Positions 32,031 through 41,725 of a stretch of DNA of 64,000 nt are shown here, piece after piece. Below the pieces are notes generated by a model, which worked only from the letters and a program-made list of their open reading frames with translations, was not told where the DNA came from and searched no databases. Every line of letters begins with the position of its first letter. Position 1 is the first letter of the stretch. Location: positions 672,001 through 736,000 of the forward strand of contig CAVRCF010000005.1 in assembly GCA_963719505.1 (NCBI GenBank). The letters are read 5' to 3'. A program made the translations under genes and the position numbers. This stretch comes from Halobacteriovoraceae bacterium. Lineage in GTDB: Bacteria > Bdellovibrionota > Bacteriovoracia > Bacteriovoracales > Bacteriovoracaceae.

Positions 32031-32801
32031 TCAACTTTTAAAAGCAAATAAAAGAGTTTCTCTTTTATGAGAAGAAAGCTGCATAAAGCCTACTCTTTTA
32101 TAGGCCATCGCTTCAAAAGCTCCTATAAAGTTTGTCATCTCTTTGAGTTGACTCTCTTTTATAAATTTTACTGAATATAGAACGCCCTCAATTGTGTGGT
32201 ATTTCTTAGAAAGCCGAATAAGCTCTTTTATTCCTTGTTTAGGATTAATATTAAGGTCACTCGAGAGATAGTGAATAGAGTGATCAGGTAGCTCTTCCTG
32301 AGACAGATCTTGAATCGGTTTAGCTATATGGTGAAAATTTGAGTTCCTTAAACAAACCTCATCCATCTGAGCTGGATCGACACCAGTAACATGACCAAAG
32401 TTTTCTAAAAGATAACTGCTTGCTCCACCGGGAGCACTTCCAAACTCAATCCAGTTCTTATTTTTGTTTGGCTTGATGTCAAACCTCTCACACGCTTGAG
32501 CAATTTTTAAGTAGTTTCTCGAAGGAGAACTTGCTGGAAGCTCTTGATCAATCTGTTGAACTTTTAATCTACGCTCAACTACATCCTTACTTACAGCTCC
32601 AATGTTTTCACCCCAAGTGAGGGCAAAAGCTGGTCTCATTGCCTTAATTTCTTTACTCGATATATCGGGGCCCGTATTTTTATAGGTAAGAAAGTCTTTT
32701 TGAGAAAAACTTGGTGTCAGAAAAGGAAACCTAAATTCAATTTCTTTTTTTAAGATATCTTTATTCCCATTTACACAAACAAAATATATAAACTGACTCA
32801 T
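32031..32801 (-). CDS. FtsJ/RlmM-like SAM-dependent methyltransferase
   Basis: PSRNYLKI, EFGSAPGG, VTGVDPA, SDLN. Confidence 0.8.
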   Translation of the reverse strand: MSQFIYFVCVNGNKDILKKEIEFRFPFLTPSFSQKDFLTYKNTGPDISSKEIKAMRPAFALTWGENIGAVSKDVVERRLKVQQIDQELPASSPSRNYLKIAQACERFDIKPNKNKNWIEFGSAPGGASSYLLENFGHVTGVDPAQMDEVCLRNSNFHHIAKPIQDLSQEELPDHSIHYLSSDLNINPKQGIKELIRLSKKYHTIEGVLYSVKFIKESQLKEMTNFIGAFEAMAYKRVGFMQLSSHKRETLLFAFKS

Positions 32802-34699
32802 TAATCCACCACTGTTATGTATCTTGTATTATTAAGAAGGTAATCCTCCTCAATCCACAATCTTCCAGTTCCTTCTTCACACTTTATGCTCGCTATATCT
32901 TTAACGCCATGACAGCTTGTACCCCATGAATTTTGAATAAGATACTTTTTCTTTGCGCTGCTGCAGTCCACACCAATGAGTGTGACGGCATGAAGACCAT
33001 GTTCAAAATCCTCAGTCTCGAGCGTTCCGTTGCTCTCCTGCTCAAAGGCGTTGTAATTACCCTTTAACATTTTTCCTGCAATTGAAAGACCTATGGCGTG
33101 TCCCTTATCCAAGGATTTGTCGATATGTCGATCAAGCACTTTCTTTTTCTGTGATGTCTTTGTTTTGAAGCTCTCGTAGCTTCCACTAACACCAAGGTAG
33201 ACAGGTTTGGCTTTCTTTTTAGGTGCTGATTTATAATCAATTAGATCAACACACTGTTTTTTTAGATAGTCAGAAGCGCTTTTGAATAGATCGTCCTCTT
33301 GTGAGACATCAGAGAGGTGATCAATTAAATTTTCAATATTGGGAAAAAGGTCTATCATATTGCTTCCAGACTCAAGAATAGAAGACAGGGCATCAAAAGA
33401 AGTCTCATCAATATCGTCTTTTTCCAAAAGTGTACACATATTGTAATATGGTTTCTGTTCTCCCTCTAACCTCTTCAAGTTTTCTTTAAAATAGTTTTGA
33501 GCACACAGAAATGGATTATTCATTTTAAAGTCAAGAAGAGTTCCTTTGGGACTATGATAAAAATCATCTAGACCATTAAACTTAAGACGAACGGTTTTAT
33601 TGTAAAACTCACCGGCTTGTTCATCGTTAATTGATTTTACTTTGTTAAAATCAGAGGCAAATTCTTTTAAAGAATCTCTAAACTCTCCCTTTAAATAGGA
33701 ATCGACTTTTGAGGAGAGAACAACCGATGACCCCTCTACCGTTCCAATTTCATCGAGATCTTTTTTCGCCGAGGCAATCTCAGGCTTTAGACCATCGATG
33801 AGGCTTTTATTATCTTCGATAATTTCTAAAATTTGCTGTGACATTTTCTCGTCGCTTGGTTTAAAAAGATCTTCGCCTAAATTTCTTTTTATATCTAAAA
33901 GCTTATCGTTAAATGGTTTTAGTTTTTCATCTACTTTGTCTAATTGCGACTTTTTACGCTCTAAAACTCCTGAGCTTTCTTCATTACTCATCTGTGCAAT
34001 TTGGTTTAAAAGGTCGTCTCTTTTATCATTTAATTTCTTTGCATCCTCTTCAATCTCTTTGACTAGTGGAAGACTTCGATTTAAGTCATCTACTATTTTT
34101 TCCATGCTTTGGACTTCATCTCTCGTTTGCAAATAAAATGATCTTAAAGATATGAAAGCATTCTTTATTGAGATACGGACAAGTTTGTCGTGGGGTTTAT
34201 CGCATTGTTTTTCTACTTGGCTCGATAAAGAAGAGAGCTTATCAAAGTAAATATCTTTGTTGGGGTTGAGTTCGTCAAAACGACTTTTAAAAGCTTCGAT
34301 TTTATCAAAATAGGTACGCATTGAACTCGACCCAAAGTCATTTGAGGCGACTTCAAAATTGATATCCTTGGCTTTGCAAACAGAATCTTTGGTCGCAAGA
34401 TTAAAAGCGGTGTGGCTTTTCCCAGCATCAATTTGTTTCTTCAAGGAGGCTTCATCGTCTGGATTATCACGAGTATATTTCATGGCCAAGTCCAACTGTG
34501 ATGGTGTCTCCTCATTTGGATAAGCAGACTTGAGCATGACTGAGGCAACTGAGGCATAGCAAATTCCCATGCCATCTTGGTCTATGGTCTTAAATTTTTC
34601 TAAAGAACCTCCTGGTTGGTCGAGGCGAACAACAGGACTCTGTTCATTACACACACCAAACGCGACTGAGCTTATAAGAAAAAGAAAGAGGCTTTTCAT
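32801..34699 (-). CDS. Secreted papain-like (C1) peptidase with a long helical insertion
   Basis: DQDGMGICYA (Gln/Cys); HAVTLIG; LIQNSWG. Confidence 0.82.
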   Translation of the reverse strand: MKSLFLFLISSVAFGVCNEQSPVVRLDQPGGSLEKFKTIDQDGMGICYASVASVMLKSAYPNEETPSQLDLAMKYTRDNPDDEASLKKQIDAGKSHTAFNLATKDSVCKAKDINFEVASNDFGSSSMRTYFDKIEAFKSRFDELNPNKDIYFDKLSSLSSQVEKQCDKPHDKLVRISIKNAFISLRSFYLQTRDEVQSMEKIVDDLNRSLPLVKEIEEDAKKLNDKRDDLLNQIAQMSNEESSGVLERKKSQLDKVDEKLKPFNDKLLDIKRNLGEDLFKPSDEKMSQQILEIIEDNKSLIDGLKPEIASAKKDLDEIGTVEGSSVVLSSKVDSYLKGEFRDSLKEFASDFNKVKSINDEQAGEFYNKTVRLKFNGLDDFYHSPKGTLLDFKMNNPFLCAQNYFKENLKRLEGEQKPYYNMCTLLEKDDIDETSFDALSSILESGSNMIDLFPNIENLIDHLSDVSQEDDLFKSASDYLKKQCVDLIDYKSAPKKKAKPVYLGVSGSYESFKTKTSQKKKVLDRHIDKSLDKGHAIGLSIAGKMLKGNYNAFEQESNGTLETEDFEHGLHAVTLIGVDCSSAKKKYLIQNSWGTSCHGVKDIASIKCEEGTGRLWIEEDYLLNNTRYITVVD

Positions 34700-35070
34700 C
34701 GACGACTCACTTTTGCGTAAAGGGAGGCAGTATCAATCATTGATCCATCTTTAAACATACAGAATGAACTACTATGTCCTTGCTGATTCTTAAGAAAAAT
34801 GACTCTTCCCTTAGTCGATTCGGTGCAAAGTTGAGAATAAGGGCTTTGTCCTTCTTTTAATTTTGACTGTGCCATTTTGGCATACCTCGTAGCGCGAAGA
34901 GCGTCACACTTATTATAGTTTTTAAAGCAAGCTTCATTTATTCGCAGTGATAATTCTTTGTTGACCTTGAAAACAATTTTACTGGACTCACCTTTCCAGA
35001 CCTCATTTTTCCAATCAGAGCTCCAAGCTATTGTCGTAAAAAGAATTGATATCAAGATGATGTATTTCAC
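34696..35070 (-). CDS. Secreted Cys-containing hypothetical protein (DUF333-like C-terminus)
   Basis: Signal peptide; SPYSQLC...G...FCMFKDG. Confidence 0.6.
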   Translation of the reverse strand: MKYIILISILFTTIAWSSDWKNEVWKGESSKIVFKVNKELSLRINEACFKNYNKCDALRATRYAKMAQSKLKEGQSPYSQLCTESTKGRVIFLKNQQGHSSSFCMFKDGSMIDTASLYAKVSRR

Positions 35071-35195
35071 CGTCTAATTATAGCTCTATTTTTCAATCGA
35101 ATCAAAACAGTAAGATTGCACCACCCTCTTTGAGAATTTTACTGTCAAATGCTACCAAAAAGCTTAATATAGCTTAAATACCCAAGGAGAATTTT

Positions 35196-35903
35196 ATGCA
35201 AAACACTTTAAACAGGACCGATCAAAGCATAGCTGAAGAGAATGTGCGCTTTATGACAGGCGTTTATAAGTGGATGGTCTTTGGACTGACACTTACAGGC
35301 CTAGTAGCCTACTACATTGCTCAAGATAAAGAACTGGTCTACTCGATAGTGACCAATACATTTTTGTTTTGGGGCCTCATTATTGCTCAGTTGGGATTAG
35401 TGGTTTACCTCTCTGCTCGCATTAATAAAATGAGTCCCATGACTGCGACGCTTACCTATTTGGGTTATGCCGCTTTAACTGGTGTCACTTTTTCTACAAT
35501 ATTTTTGGCCTACACGGCTGAGAGCATTCAATCTGTCTTTTTTATTACTGCTTTCTCTTTTGCTGGTTTAAGTCTTTTTGGATTTGTTACTAAAAGAGAT
35601 CTAGGTCCTATTGGGACGTTTTGTCACATGGGTCTTTGGGGTCTAATCGGATTCTCGTTACTGTCTTTCTTTTTTCCTTCCATGCTCTCTGGCCAAACTG
35701 GAACTATCTTTAGCTTAGTTGGGGTCCTCATTTTTGCCGGCCTTACCGCTTACGATACGCAGAAGATTAAAAGCTCTAATATCATTGGGAACGAAGGAAC
35801 TGCAGAAGATCACAAAGAGACCATTCTTGGTGCACTTACTTTGTATCTAGACTTTATTAATTTATTCCTTATGCTTCTTCGTCTAATGGGTAATAGGAAG
35901 TAG
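35196..35903 (+). CDS. Bax inhibitor-1/YccA family membrane protein
   Basis: VYKWM, TKRDL, TAYDTQKIK, GALTLYLDFINLF. Confidence 0.94.
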   Translation: MQNTLNRTDQSIAEENVRFMTGVYKWMVFGLTLTGLVAYYIAQDKELVYSIVTNTFLFWGLIIAQLGLVVYLSARINKMSPMTATLTYLGYAALTGVTFSTIFLAYTAESIQSVFFITAFSFAGLSLFGFVTKRDLGPIGTFCHMGLWGLIGFSLLSFFFPSMLSGQTGTIFSLVGVLIFAGLTAYDTQKIKSSNIIGNEGTAEDHKETILGALTLYLDFINLFLMLLRLMGNRK

Positions 35904-35905
35904 TT

Positions 35906-36829
35906 TTGGGAAAAAAGAATAAGTTTAAAAAGCCAGAAGCCGTAGATATGCTAACTCCCGACAGGGACTCTACTAGGATAAATTGGTTTCCTGGACATAT
36001 GAATAAAGCGCTCAAGAAAATAAAAGATCGTATGAAGATGGTCGATATTGTTCTGGAGCTAAGAGATGCACGCTCCCCGCTTGCGACGGGAAATAGCGAA
36101 TTGAGAAGTGTTCTTGGTGAAAAGACAAAGCTCATTTTGATCAACAAGACAAACCTTGCAGACCCTAAAGTCATAAAGTTGTGGGACGAGTGGTTTGCCA
36201 CTAAAGATGATCCCTATTTATTTATAAATGCTTTGGATAAAAAGTCGATCAACGAAATCATTTCTCTATCACTCAAAGTTGTTAATCAAAAAATAAAGGT
36301 ATCAAACCCTGAAAATACTGGAAAATCAAAATTAAAAATGATGATTATTGGTCTACCAAACACGGGTAAGTCAACAATCATCAACAGATTGGCCAATCGA
36401 AATGCCACAAAAGTTGCGGATAAACCTGGTCAAACTCAGCATCAACTTTGGGTCAAGATTGATGAAAACTTTGAAATTTTAGACACTCCAGGAGTCATGT
36501 ATCCAGATGTCAAAAACCATGAACAAGGACTATGGCTATCTGCTCTGCACACTATTCCAGACAAAATTGCAGGGTCTGAAGCTATTGCCTGCTTTATTCT
36601 TGAGCACTTGCTTAAAAACAATCCTAAAATTCTAGAAAAAAAATATGACATAAAAGTCGATGGACTAAGCATGAATCAAACCTTAGATGAAATTGCTTCT
36701 AAAAGAGGTTGTATTCTTAAAAAAGGTGAATTTGATTACGATAGGACATTTACCATCATTATTGGTGACTTTAGAAAGTCAGAATTAGGCCCCATCAGTT
36801 TTGGTGTGCCGCCCAAACTCAAAACTTAA
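35906..36829 (+). CDS. rbgA: Ribosome biogenesis GTPase RbgA/YlqF
   Basis: WFPGHM, DAR, NKT, GLPNTGKSTIIN, DTPG. Confidence 0.93.
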   Translation: MGKKNKFKKPEAVDMLTPDRDSTRINWFPGHMNKALKKIKDRMKMVDIVLELRDARSPLATGNSELRSVLGEKTKLILINKTNLADPKVIKLWDEWFATKDDPYLFINALDKKSINEIISLSLKVVNQKIKVSNPENTGKSKLKMMIIGLPNTGKSTIINRLANRNATKVADKPGQTQHQLWVKIDENFEILDTPGVMYPDVKNHEQGLWLSALHTIPDKIAGSEAIACFILEHLLKNNPKILEKKYDIKVDGLSMNQTLDEIASKRGCILKKGEFDYDRTFTIIIGDFRKSELGPISFGVPPKLKT

Positions 36830-36940
36830 CGCATCACTCTGAAGAAAAGTACAATATTGTCCACTTCTTTTTTGTCTAATTGATAATCTTCAGAGACACT
36901 ACTAAGGCAAAACTAAAAACCATACACAAAGGATATGAAA

Positions 36941-37270
36941 ATGGCAGAAGCTAAAGGTTTAAAGAAACCAGTAAAATTAAAGTCTGATCTAGCAACAATG
37001 CTAGGAGAAAAAGAACTTCCAAGAACAGAAATTACGAAAAAGCTTTGGGACTATATTAAGTCTAAAGAGCTTCAGACTAAAACAGAAAATGGTAAACCAG
37101 AAAATGCTGGTAAGTATATTGTAGCTGACGCTACTCTTTTACCAATTTTCAAAAATACGAAATCAACGTCAAAGTCAGGAAAATTAACTGATCTTACCAA
37201 AATGAAAGAAGGTGAGACAATTAACATGATGCAAATGGCTGCTGTTGTTGGTGCAAATATTGAATCTTAA
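36941..37270 (+). CDS. SWIB/MDM2-domain protein
   Basis: LPRTEITKKLWDYIK..LQ. Confidence 0.85.
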   Translation: MAEAKGLKKPVKLKSDLATMLGEKELPRTEITKKLWDYIKSKELQTKTENGKPENAGKYIVADATLLPIFKNTKSTSKSGKLTDLTKMKEGETINMMQMAAVVGANIES

Positions 37271-37281
37271 TTAACAAATCA

Positions 37282-37312
37282 AGGGTAAAGGAGATCTTCT
37301 TTACCCTCTTTT
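37282..37312 (+). terminator. Intrinsic terminator
   Basis: AGGGTAAAG-loop-CTTTACCCT followed by a T-tract. Confidence 0.75.
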
Positions 37313-37335
37313 ATCTATCACCATAAAAAGTCAAA

Positions 37336-37353
37336 CGTTTAAATTTCTACACA
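37336..37353 (+). promoter_or_regulatory. Island box 1, before a non-coding segment
   Basis: CGTTTA-aatttc-TACACA; TAATAT at 37396-37401 (gap 42). Confidence 0.65.
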
Positions 37354-37407
37354 TAAAATAGACCAAGCCTAAAACACAGTCGACCTAAGATATTCTAATA
37401 TTTTTAC

Positions 37408-37548
37408 AAGAGAACATAGGAGGGAGCGCATACCTAATACCTGCTATTGTCCAGACGTGAAAATAGTGTTTTCACACATCTTAAAAATTCGCTTATTCAA
37501 GCATTCTATATTTCGAATCCTAAGCCTCAGAACTGAGGCTTAGAGATC
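37408..37548 (+). ncRNA. Candidate small RNA driven by box 1
   Basis: Box plus -10 element, no ORF with RBS and start, internal hairpin GTGAAAA-TAGTG-TTTTCAC, ends at the 37520-37543 hairpin. Confidence 0.4.
37520..37543. terminator. Perfect hairpin after the hybrid kinase gene and the candidate sRNA
   Basis: CTAAGCCTCAG-AA-CTGAGGCTTAG. Confidence 0.75.
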
Positions 37549-37552
37549 TTCT

Positions 37553-39379
37553 TCAGGTTAAGTTATTGTAGACACCTTTTATAAGGTCTGTTGACGTCAC
37601 AGGCTTTGTTATATGATCACTAAAGCCAGCTTTCTTTGTTCTAACTCTTTCCTCATCCATTGCATGTGCTGTAAGGGCAATAATGGGAATTTCAAGGTTA
37701 TGTTCTTTCATCATTCTGATTGCTTGATAACCATCGATTTCTGGCATTTGGAGATCTAGTAAGACGAGATCAAAATCTTTTTCCTTAAACTTCTCAACCG
37801 CCTCTCGCCCACCGTAAGCAAAATCAGCATCAGCCCCAACCTCTTTTAGGTAGGCATAAAAGAGTCGAACATTTTCTTTGGCATCATCAACGATTAAAAT
37901 ATTCTTTCCACTTAAATCAATTTGAGCAATCTCCAATTCTGGTATTCCCTTTGAAGATTTTTCATCAAGTGAAGTGATAAAACTTCCTCCATCGACAATA
38001 CCAACATCAACTTTAATTTCGAAAGTTGTCCCTACATTCTCTCTGGTCTCTACGATCTTTAAATTACCGCCCAAGCCCCTTGCTATCGATCTTGATATCA
38101 TAAGTCCCAATCCAGTCCCTCCGTAGATTCTAGAGACAGACTCATCAGCTTGCTCAAAAGGTTTGAAAAGTCTCTTTTGATTTTTCTTCGAGATCCCAAT
38201 ACCAGTATCATTAATGGTGAAGACTAATTTATTAGACTTTTTATTAAAAGTGGCAATCAGCTCAACATGCCCCTGTGCAGTAAACTTAATAGCATTACCG
38301 ATAATATTAAAAAGAATTTGTTTTAATCTTTTTTGATCAGAGTTAATATAACGAGGAAGTTTCCCTCTGCTAGAAAAAATGAGTTCTATATTTTTCTCTG
38401 CTGCTTTCACGTTTAAAAGCCCATAGACATCTGTCAAAAACTGCGTCGTCTCAACTTGCTCAATTCTATAATCTATTTTTCCTGATTCAATTTTTGAGAT
38501 GTCTAAAATCTCATCTAACAAACTTAAAAGATGATTACCATTTCTAAAAACTAACTCAATAGCCTCATCTCTCTCTTTTTTATCCAGCGAATGAGAACGG
38601 AGCATCTCTATGTAGCCTAAGATAATCGTCATGGGAGTTCTAATTTCGTGAGATATATTTGAAAGAAAGTTTGTTTTAGATTTTGATGCACTCTCTACTT
38701 GCACCATGGTTTCTGTAATTTTTTCGTGCTGAGAAGAAACAGCATTAAAAAGTGGACGGTAAACAAGGGCCCAAATAATTCCAAACTGCCCTACACAACA
38801 AAGAACGAGAAGAATTCCAAGAAGGTCCAGCTCATCCAGAGAGTTCTCTTGGTTCTCAGCAACTCTCGCACTGAGTAGTTCTAAGACTTTCCCTAACCCA
38901 GATGAAGAACTTTTAATGAGGAAACTAATATTTGTATTTACTCTTTCTTTTGTATCAATTTCTTCATCCACAAAGGAGCTTGCGACATCGATGAACTCAT
39001 AAGTCTTCTTTTCTATATTTTCTGAAATTAAAAAGTCTTTAAAGCCTTGAAGTTTAGGAAGTCTGTTCGCTTTAATCCAGCTATAAAACTCTTTCGTTTC
39101 GTTTCTCAATCTTTTGATAAGTTCAATGAATCTAATTTCATTGGCCAAAGTGATTTCTTCTCCCTCAAAACTTTGAGAAAAATCTGTTATGTCGACCATG
39201 AGAAAAATCTGTCTTTTAAGATAGGAATTGAAAGTTTGGTAGGATTGTTGATCTGAAATTAAAGAACGGTTAAGCACTAAGAAGACTGCTGAGAGGCTGA
39301 CAATAATGAGAAAGCCCACAATATTTGCAATTAAAAATTTCTTACGCGTGAGCTCTAAAAGCTCATCATAACTTCTCAT
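37553..39379 (-). CDS. Hybrid sensor histidine kinase (2 TM, HisKA, HATPase, REC)
   Basis: FLSNISHEIRTP, NAIKFT, DTGIG, GGTGLGL, LLDLQMP. Confidence 0.96.
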   Translation of the reverse strand: MRSYDELLELTRKKFLIANIVGFLIIVSLSAVFLVLNRSLISDQQSYQTFNSYLKRQIFLMVDITDFSQSFEGEEITLANEIRFIELIKRLRNETKEFYSWIKANRLPKLQGFKDFLISENIEKKTYEFIDVASSFVDEEIDTKERVNTNISFLIKSSSSGLGKVLELLSARVAENQENSLDELDLLGILLVLCCVGQFGIIWALVYRPLFNAVSSQHEKITETMVQVESASKSKTNFLSNISHEIRTPMTIILGYIEMLRSHSLDKKERDEAIELVFRNGNHLLSLLDEILDISKIESGKIDYRIEQVETTQFLTDVYGLLNVKAAEKNIELIFSSRGKLPRYINSDQKRLKQILFNIIGNAIKFTAQGHVELIATFNKKSNKLVFTINDTGIGISKKNQKRLFKPFEQADESVSRIYGGTGLGLMISRSIARGLGGNLKIVETRENVGTTFEIKVDVGIVDGGSFITSLDEKSSKGIPELEIAQIDLSGKNILIVDDAKENVRLFYAYLKEVGADADFAYGGREAVEKFKEKDFDLVLLDLQMPEIDGYQAIRMMKEHNLEIPIIALTAHAMDEERVRTKKAGFSDHITKPVTSTDLIKGVYNNLT

Positions 39380-39389
39380 TAATATTATC

Positions 39390-39704
39390 TCACAATTTTA
39401 GGCTGTCTTTTTTCAAGTTCATGTACTTTTTTATATCATTAACATAACTTTTACATCTAGATTGGTCACTTGATTTCGCTGCGCTTTCTAATTCAACTGC
39501 CAAAGTTCCTAGGTGATTGAAGCCATAAGGGGCTGAATAGCCTTTCCACTTGTGCGCTACATCCTTTATTAAAGTGAAGTCACCGCTTTGCGCTGCGCTA
39601 TCGACTTGTTCAATTTCCTCAATTCTATCAGCGTAGAACTCACTAATAAATGGCTCTAGCGCTTTATCAGCTTTTTCATTAGAAATTAATTCTTTCATAT
39701 ACAA
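39390..39704 (-). CDS. Stand-alone Hpt phosphotransfer protein
   Basis: AHKWKG..YG. Confidence 0.88.
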   Translation of the reverse strand: MYMKELISNEKADKALEPFISEFYADRIEEIEQVDSAAQSGDFTLIKDVAHKWKGYSAPYGFNHLGTLAVELESAAKSSDQSRCKSYVNDIKKYMNLKKDSLKL

Positions 39705-39768
39705 CCTCTTTATAATTGGTTAACATTTTAGAATAATTTATCATGATATTTAGCTAAGGTAAAAAAGA

Positions 39769-40461
39769 ATGAGCAAAGTTTTATTAGTAGAAGACAGTAA
39801 AGAAATCAAAAAAATGGTGGAAATTTCTCTCTCCGGTTTAGTAGAGCAACTTGATTGGGCTGAAAATATAAATGCTGCAGAGGAAATCCTAAAAGAAGAG
39901 AAATATGATCTTGTCTTGTTAGATATTCAACTGCCAGATGGAAATGGAATTGAATTTTGCCAGAAGCTTTTCATGACATATCCAGATACTTCTATATTCA
40001 TGCTAACATCTCAAGACGCTTTATCTGAAAAGGTTATGGGTTTCTCCGCTGGGGCAGAAGACTACATCACAAAACCGTTTAGTACTCTTGAATTAAAAGC
40101 GAGAGTTGAAGCAAAATTAAAAAGAAAAGAGCTTCAAAAATCTAATAGCAATCTCCTTAATTGGGAGAAAATAAAGATTAATATATCTAACCAGGAAGTT
40201 GAAATTCTTGAAGGTGAAGCATTCAAAAGTATCGATCTCACAGCACTTGAATTCAAACTTTTAATCTATTTTGCCAACAGAGTTGGACAAGTTATTGAAA
40301 GAGACACTATCCTCAATGACATCTGGGGCGAAGATGTTCATGTATACTCAAGATCTGTCGACACTCATGTAAGTAAATTGAGAAAGAAACTCGAAGGCGT
40401 ATCTGGTATCATTGAATCTGTTCATGGCGCTGGTTACAAGTTTAATCCTACTCATAATTAG
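39769..40461 (+). CDS. OmpR/PhoB-family response regulator
   Basis: LLVED, LLDIQLPDG, DYITKPF, LTALEFKLL, RSVDTHVSKLRKK, GAGY. Confidence 0.96.
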   Translation: MSKVLLVEDSKEIKKMVEISLSGLVEQLDWAENINAAEEILKEEKYDLVLLDIQLPDGNGIEFCQKLFMTYPDTSIFMLTSQDALSEKVMGFSAGAEDYITKPFSTLELKARVEAKLKRKELQKSNSNLLNWEKIKINISNQEVEILEGEAFKSIDLTALEFKLLIYFANRVGQVIERDTILNDIWGEDVHVYSRSVDTHVSKLRKKLEGVSGIIESVHGAGYKFNPTHN

Positions 40462-40479
40462 AACAAAGATTTTTCAAAT

Positions 40480-40509
40480 AAAAAAAGGGAGCTTTAAGCT
40501 CCCTTTTTT
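40480..40509. terminator. Bidirectional terminator
   Basis: AAAAAAGGGAGCT-TTA-AGCTCCCTTTTTT. Confidence 0.9.
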
Positions 40510-40510
40510 G

Positions 40511-40879
40511 TTAGTTAATTGTTTTATCTAACTTTGATTCTATCTGTTCACCGTACTCTTCCATTTTTTCTTTAAAATCATCCCATTTCTGTGCTGTTGT
40601 TTCACTGGCTTGTTCTCCAGCTTTAGCCACCTCTTCTCTGTATTTGGCTGTGCTGGCTTTTAATTCTTTGTACTCTAGAACAAGCTTATCTTTAGCATCA
40701 CCTGAGAGCTTTACGGTTTTATCTTTTAACTTTTCAAGCTTAATTTCGAGCTTATCTAACTGTTGAGAAGCCTTCATTTTAAATTCTTCATAATCACCCT
40801 TATCTGAGGTTGTTGCATAAGCACCAAGAGAAAGGGATAAAATAACTGTAGTTAATAATAATTTTAATTTGTGTGACAT
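40511..40879 (-). CDS. Secreted amphipathic helical stress-type protein
   Basis: AAGGAGG RBS; signal peptide; all-helical and charged, KWDDFK. Confidence 0.75.
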   Translation of the reverse strand: MSHKLKLLLTTVILSLSLGAYATTSDKGDYEEFKMKASQQLDKLEIKLEKLKDKTVKLSGDAKDKLVLEYKELKASTAKYREEVAKAGEQASETTAQKWDDFKEKMEEYGEQIESKLDKTIN

Positions 40880-40952
40880 AATTCCTCCTTATATCTTCAC
40901 AAACAATATGCCATCTTACTCAAAGTAAAAATGTTTTCTAAGGTGAAAGAAC

Positions 40953-40970
40953 TGTGTACTTTAATACATA
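40953..40970 (-). promoter_or_regulatory. Island box 2
   Basis: TGTGTA-ctttaa-TACATA; minus-strand CATATT at 40910-40905 (gap 42). Confidence 0.75.
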
Positions 40971-40979
40971 ATTTAAAAT

Positions 40980-41333
40980 TTATTGTTCTCTAAAGAAGCC
41001 CTTCAAAGTAAGTATCTTATCTTCGAGTTGGGCCAGCCTCTCATCAATATCTTCGAGTACATCATGGCTCTCTTTGGTGTCGACATAATCTAGTTTGGTA
41101 AAAAGCATATCTATTGATTCAAACTTATTTGATATGTGCTGAGATAGGTTCTCATAGATGGAGATGACACTATCATCGCGCTCTCCCATCTTTTCTTCAA
41201 TCAACTTCATTTCTAACTCAAGAGCATAAAGTTTTTCGTAGTGACTTTTCTCCGCTATCTCGTTTAGAATCGTATCATGTTTTAAAAAGTGGGGTTGGTA
41301 TTCTGAAATGTTTCTTACATTGAAGTTTTTCAT
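40980..41333 (-). CDS. Hypothetical acidic coiled-coil protein
   Basis: AAGGAG RBS; helical heptad pattern. Confidence 0.7.
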   Translation of the reverse strand: MKNFNVRNISEYQPHFLKHDTILNEIAEKSHYEKLYALELEMKLIEEKMGERDDSVISIYENLSQHISNKFESIDMLFTKLDYVDTKESHDVLEDIDERLAQLEDKILTLKGFFREQ

Positions 41334-41408
41334 TTATCTCTCCTTGATAAAGCCTAATAAAATCATATTCCTTATAAAAAAAAATGTTTCTTTATAACGT
41401 AATTAGAA

Positions 41409-41426
41409 TGTGTAGATATCTACACT
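41409..41426. promoter_or_regulatory. Island box 3, serving divergent promoters
   Basis: TGTGTA-gatatc-TACACT; plus TAATAT 41469-41474 (gap 42); minus TATGAT 41367-41362 (gap 41). Confidence 0.82.
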
Positions 41427-41506
41427 AAATAACCATTCCTTGGCCGAGAGAATATGTTTATTCTCAGGTAATATTAAGTAACAAACTTAAACCAAAGGAG
41501 ATCATA

Positions 41507-41716
41507 ATGAACAACGATCAATTAGAAGGAAACTGGAAAGAATTTAAAGGGAAGATCCAATCGAAGTGGGGCGAACTTACTGAAGATGAGATGGATAAAA
41601 CCCAAGGTAATTTAGACCAACTAAGCGGTAAAATACAAAAGAAGTTTGGAGATTCGAAAGATGAAGTACATAAGTATTTTAATTCAGTACTAGAATCATT
41701 TAATAAGAAAAACTAA
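41507..41716 (+). CDS. csbD: CsbD/YjbJ-family stress protein
   Basis: DQLEGNWKEFKGKIQSKWGELTEDE...GKIQKKFG. Confidence 0.95.
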   Translation: MNNDQLEGNWKEFKGKIQSKWGELTEDEMDKTQGNLDQLSGKIQKKFGDSKDEVHKYFNSVLESFNKKN

Positions 41717-41725
41717 GAGTATATA

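Noticed and set aside
40897-40913. Sigma54-like TGGCATATTGTTTGT on the minus strand, suggesting the boxes are sigma54 enhancers
   Set aside because: The -12 element is GT rather than GC, and the other boxes lack GG-N10-GC but share a -10 at fixed spacing.
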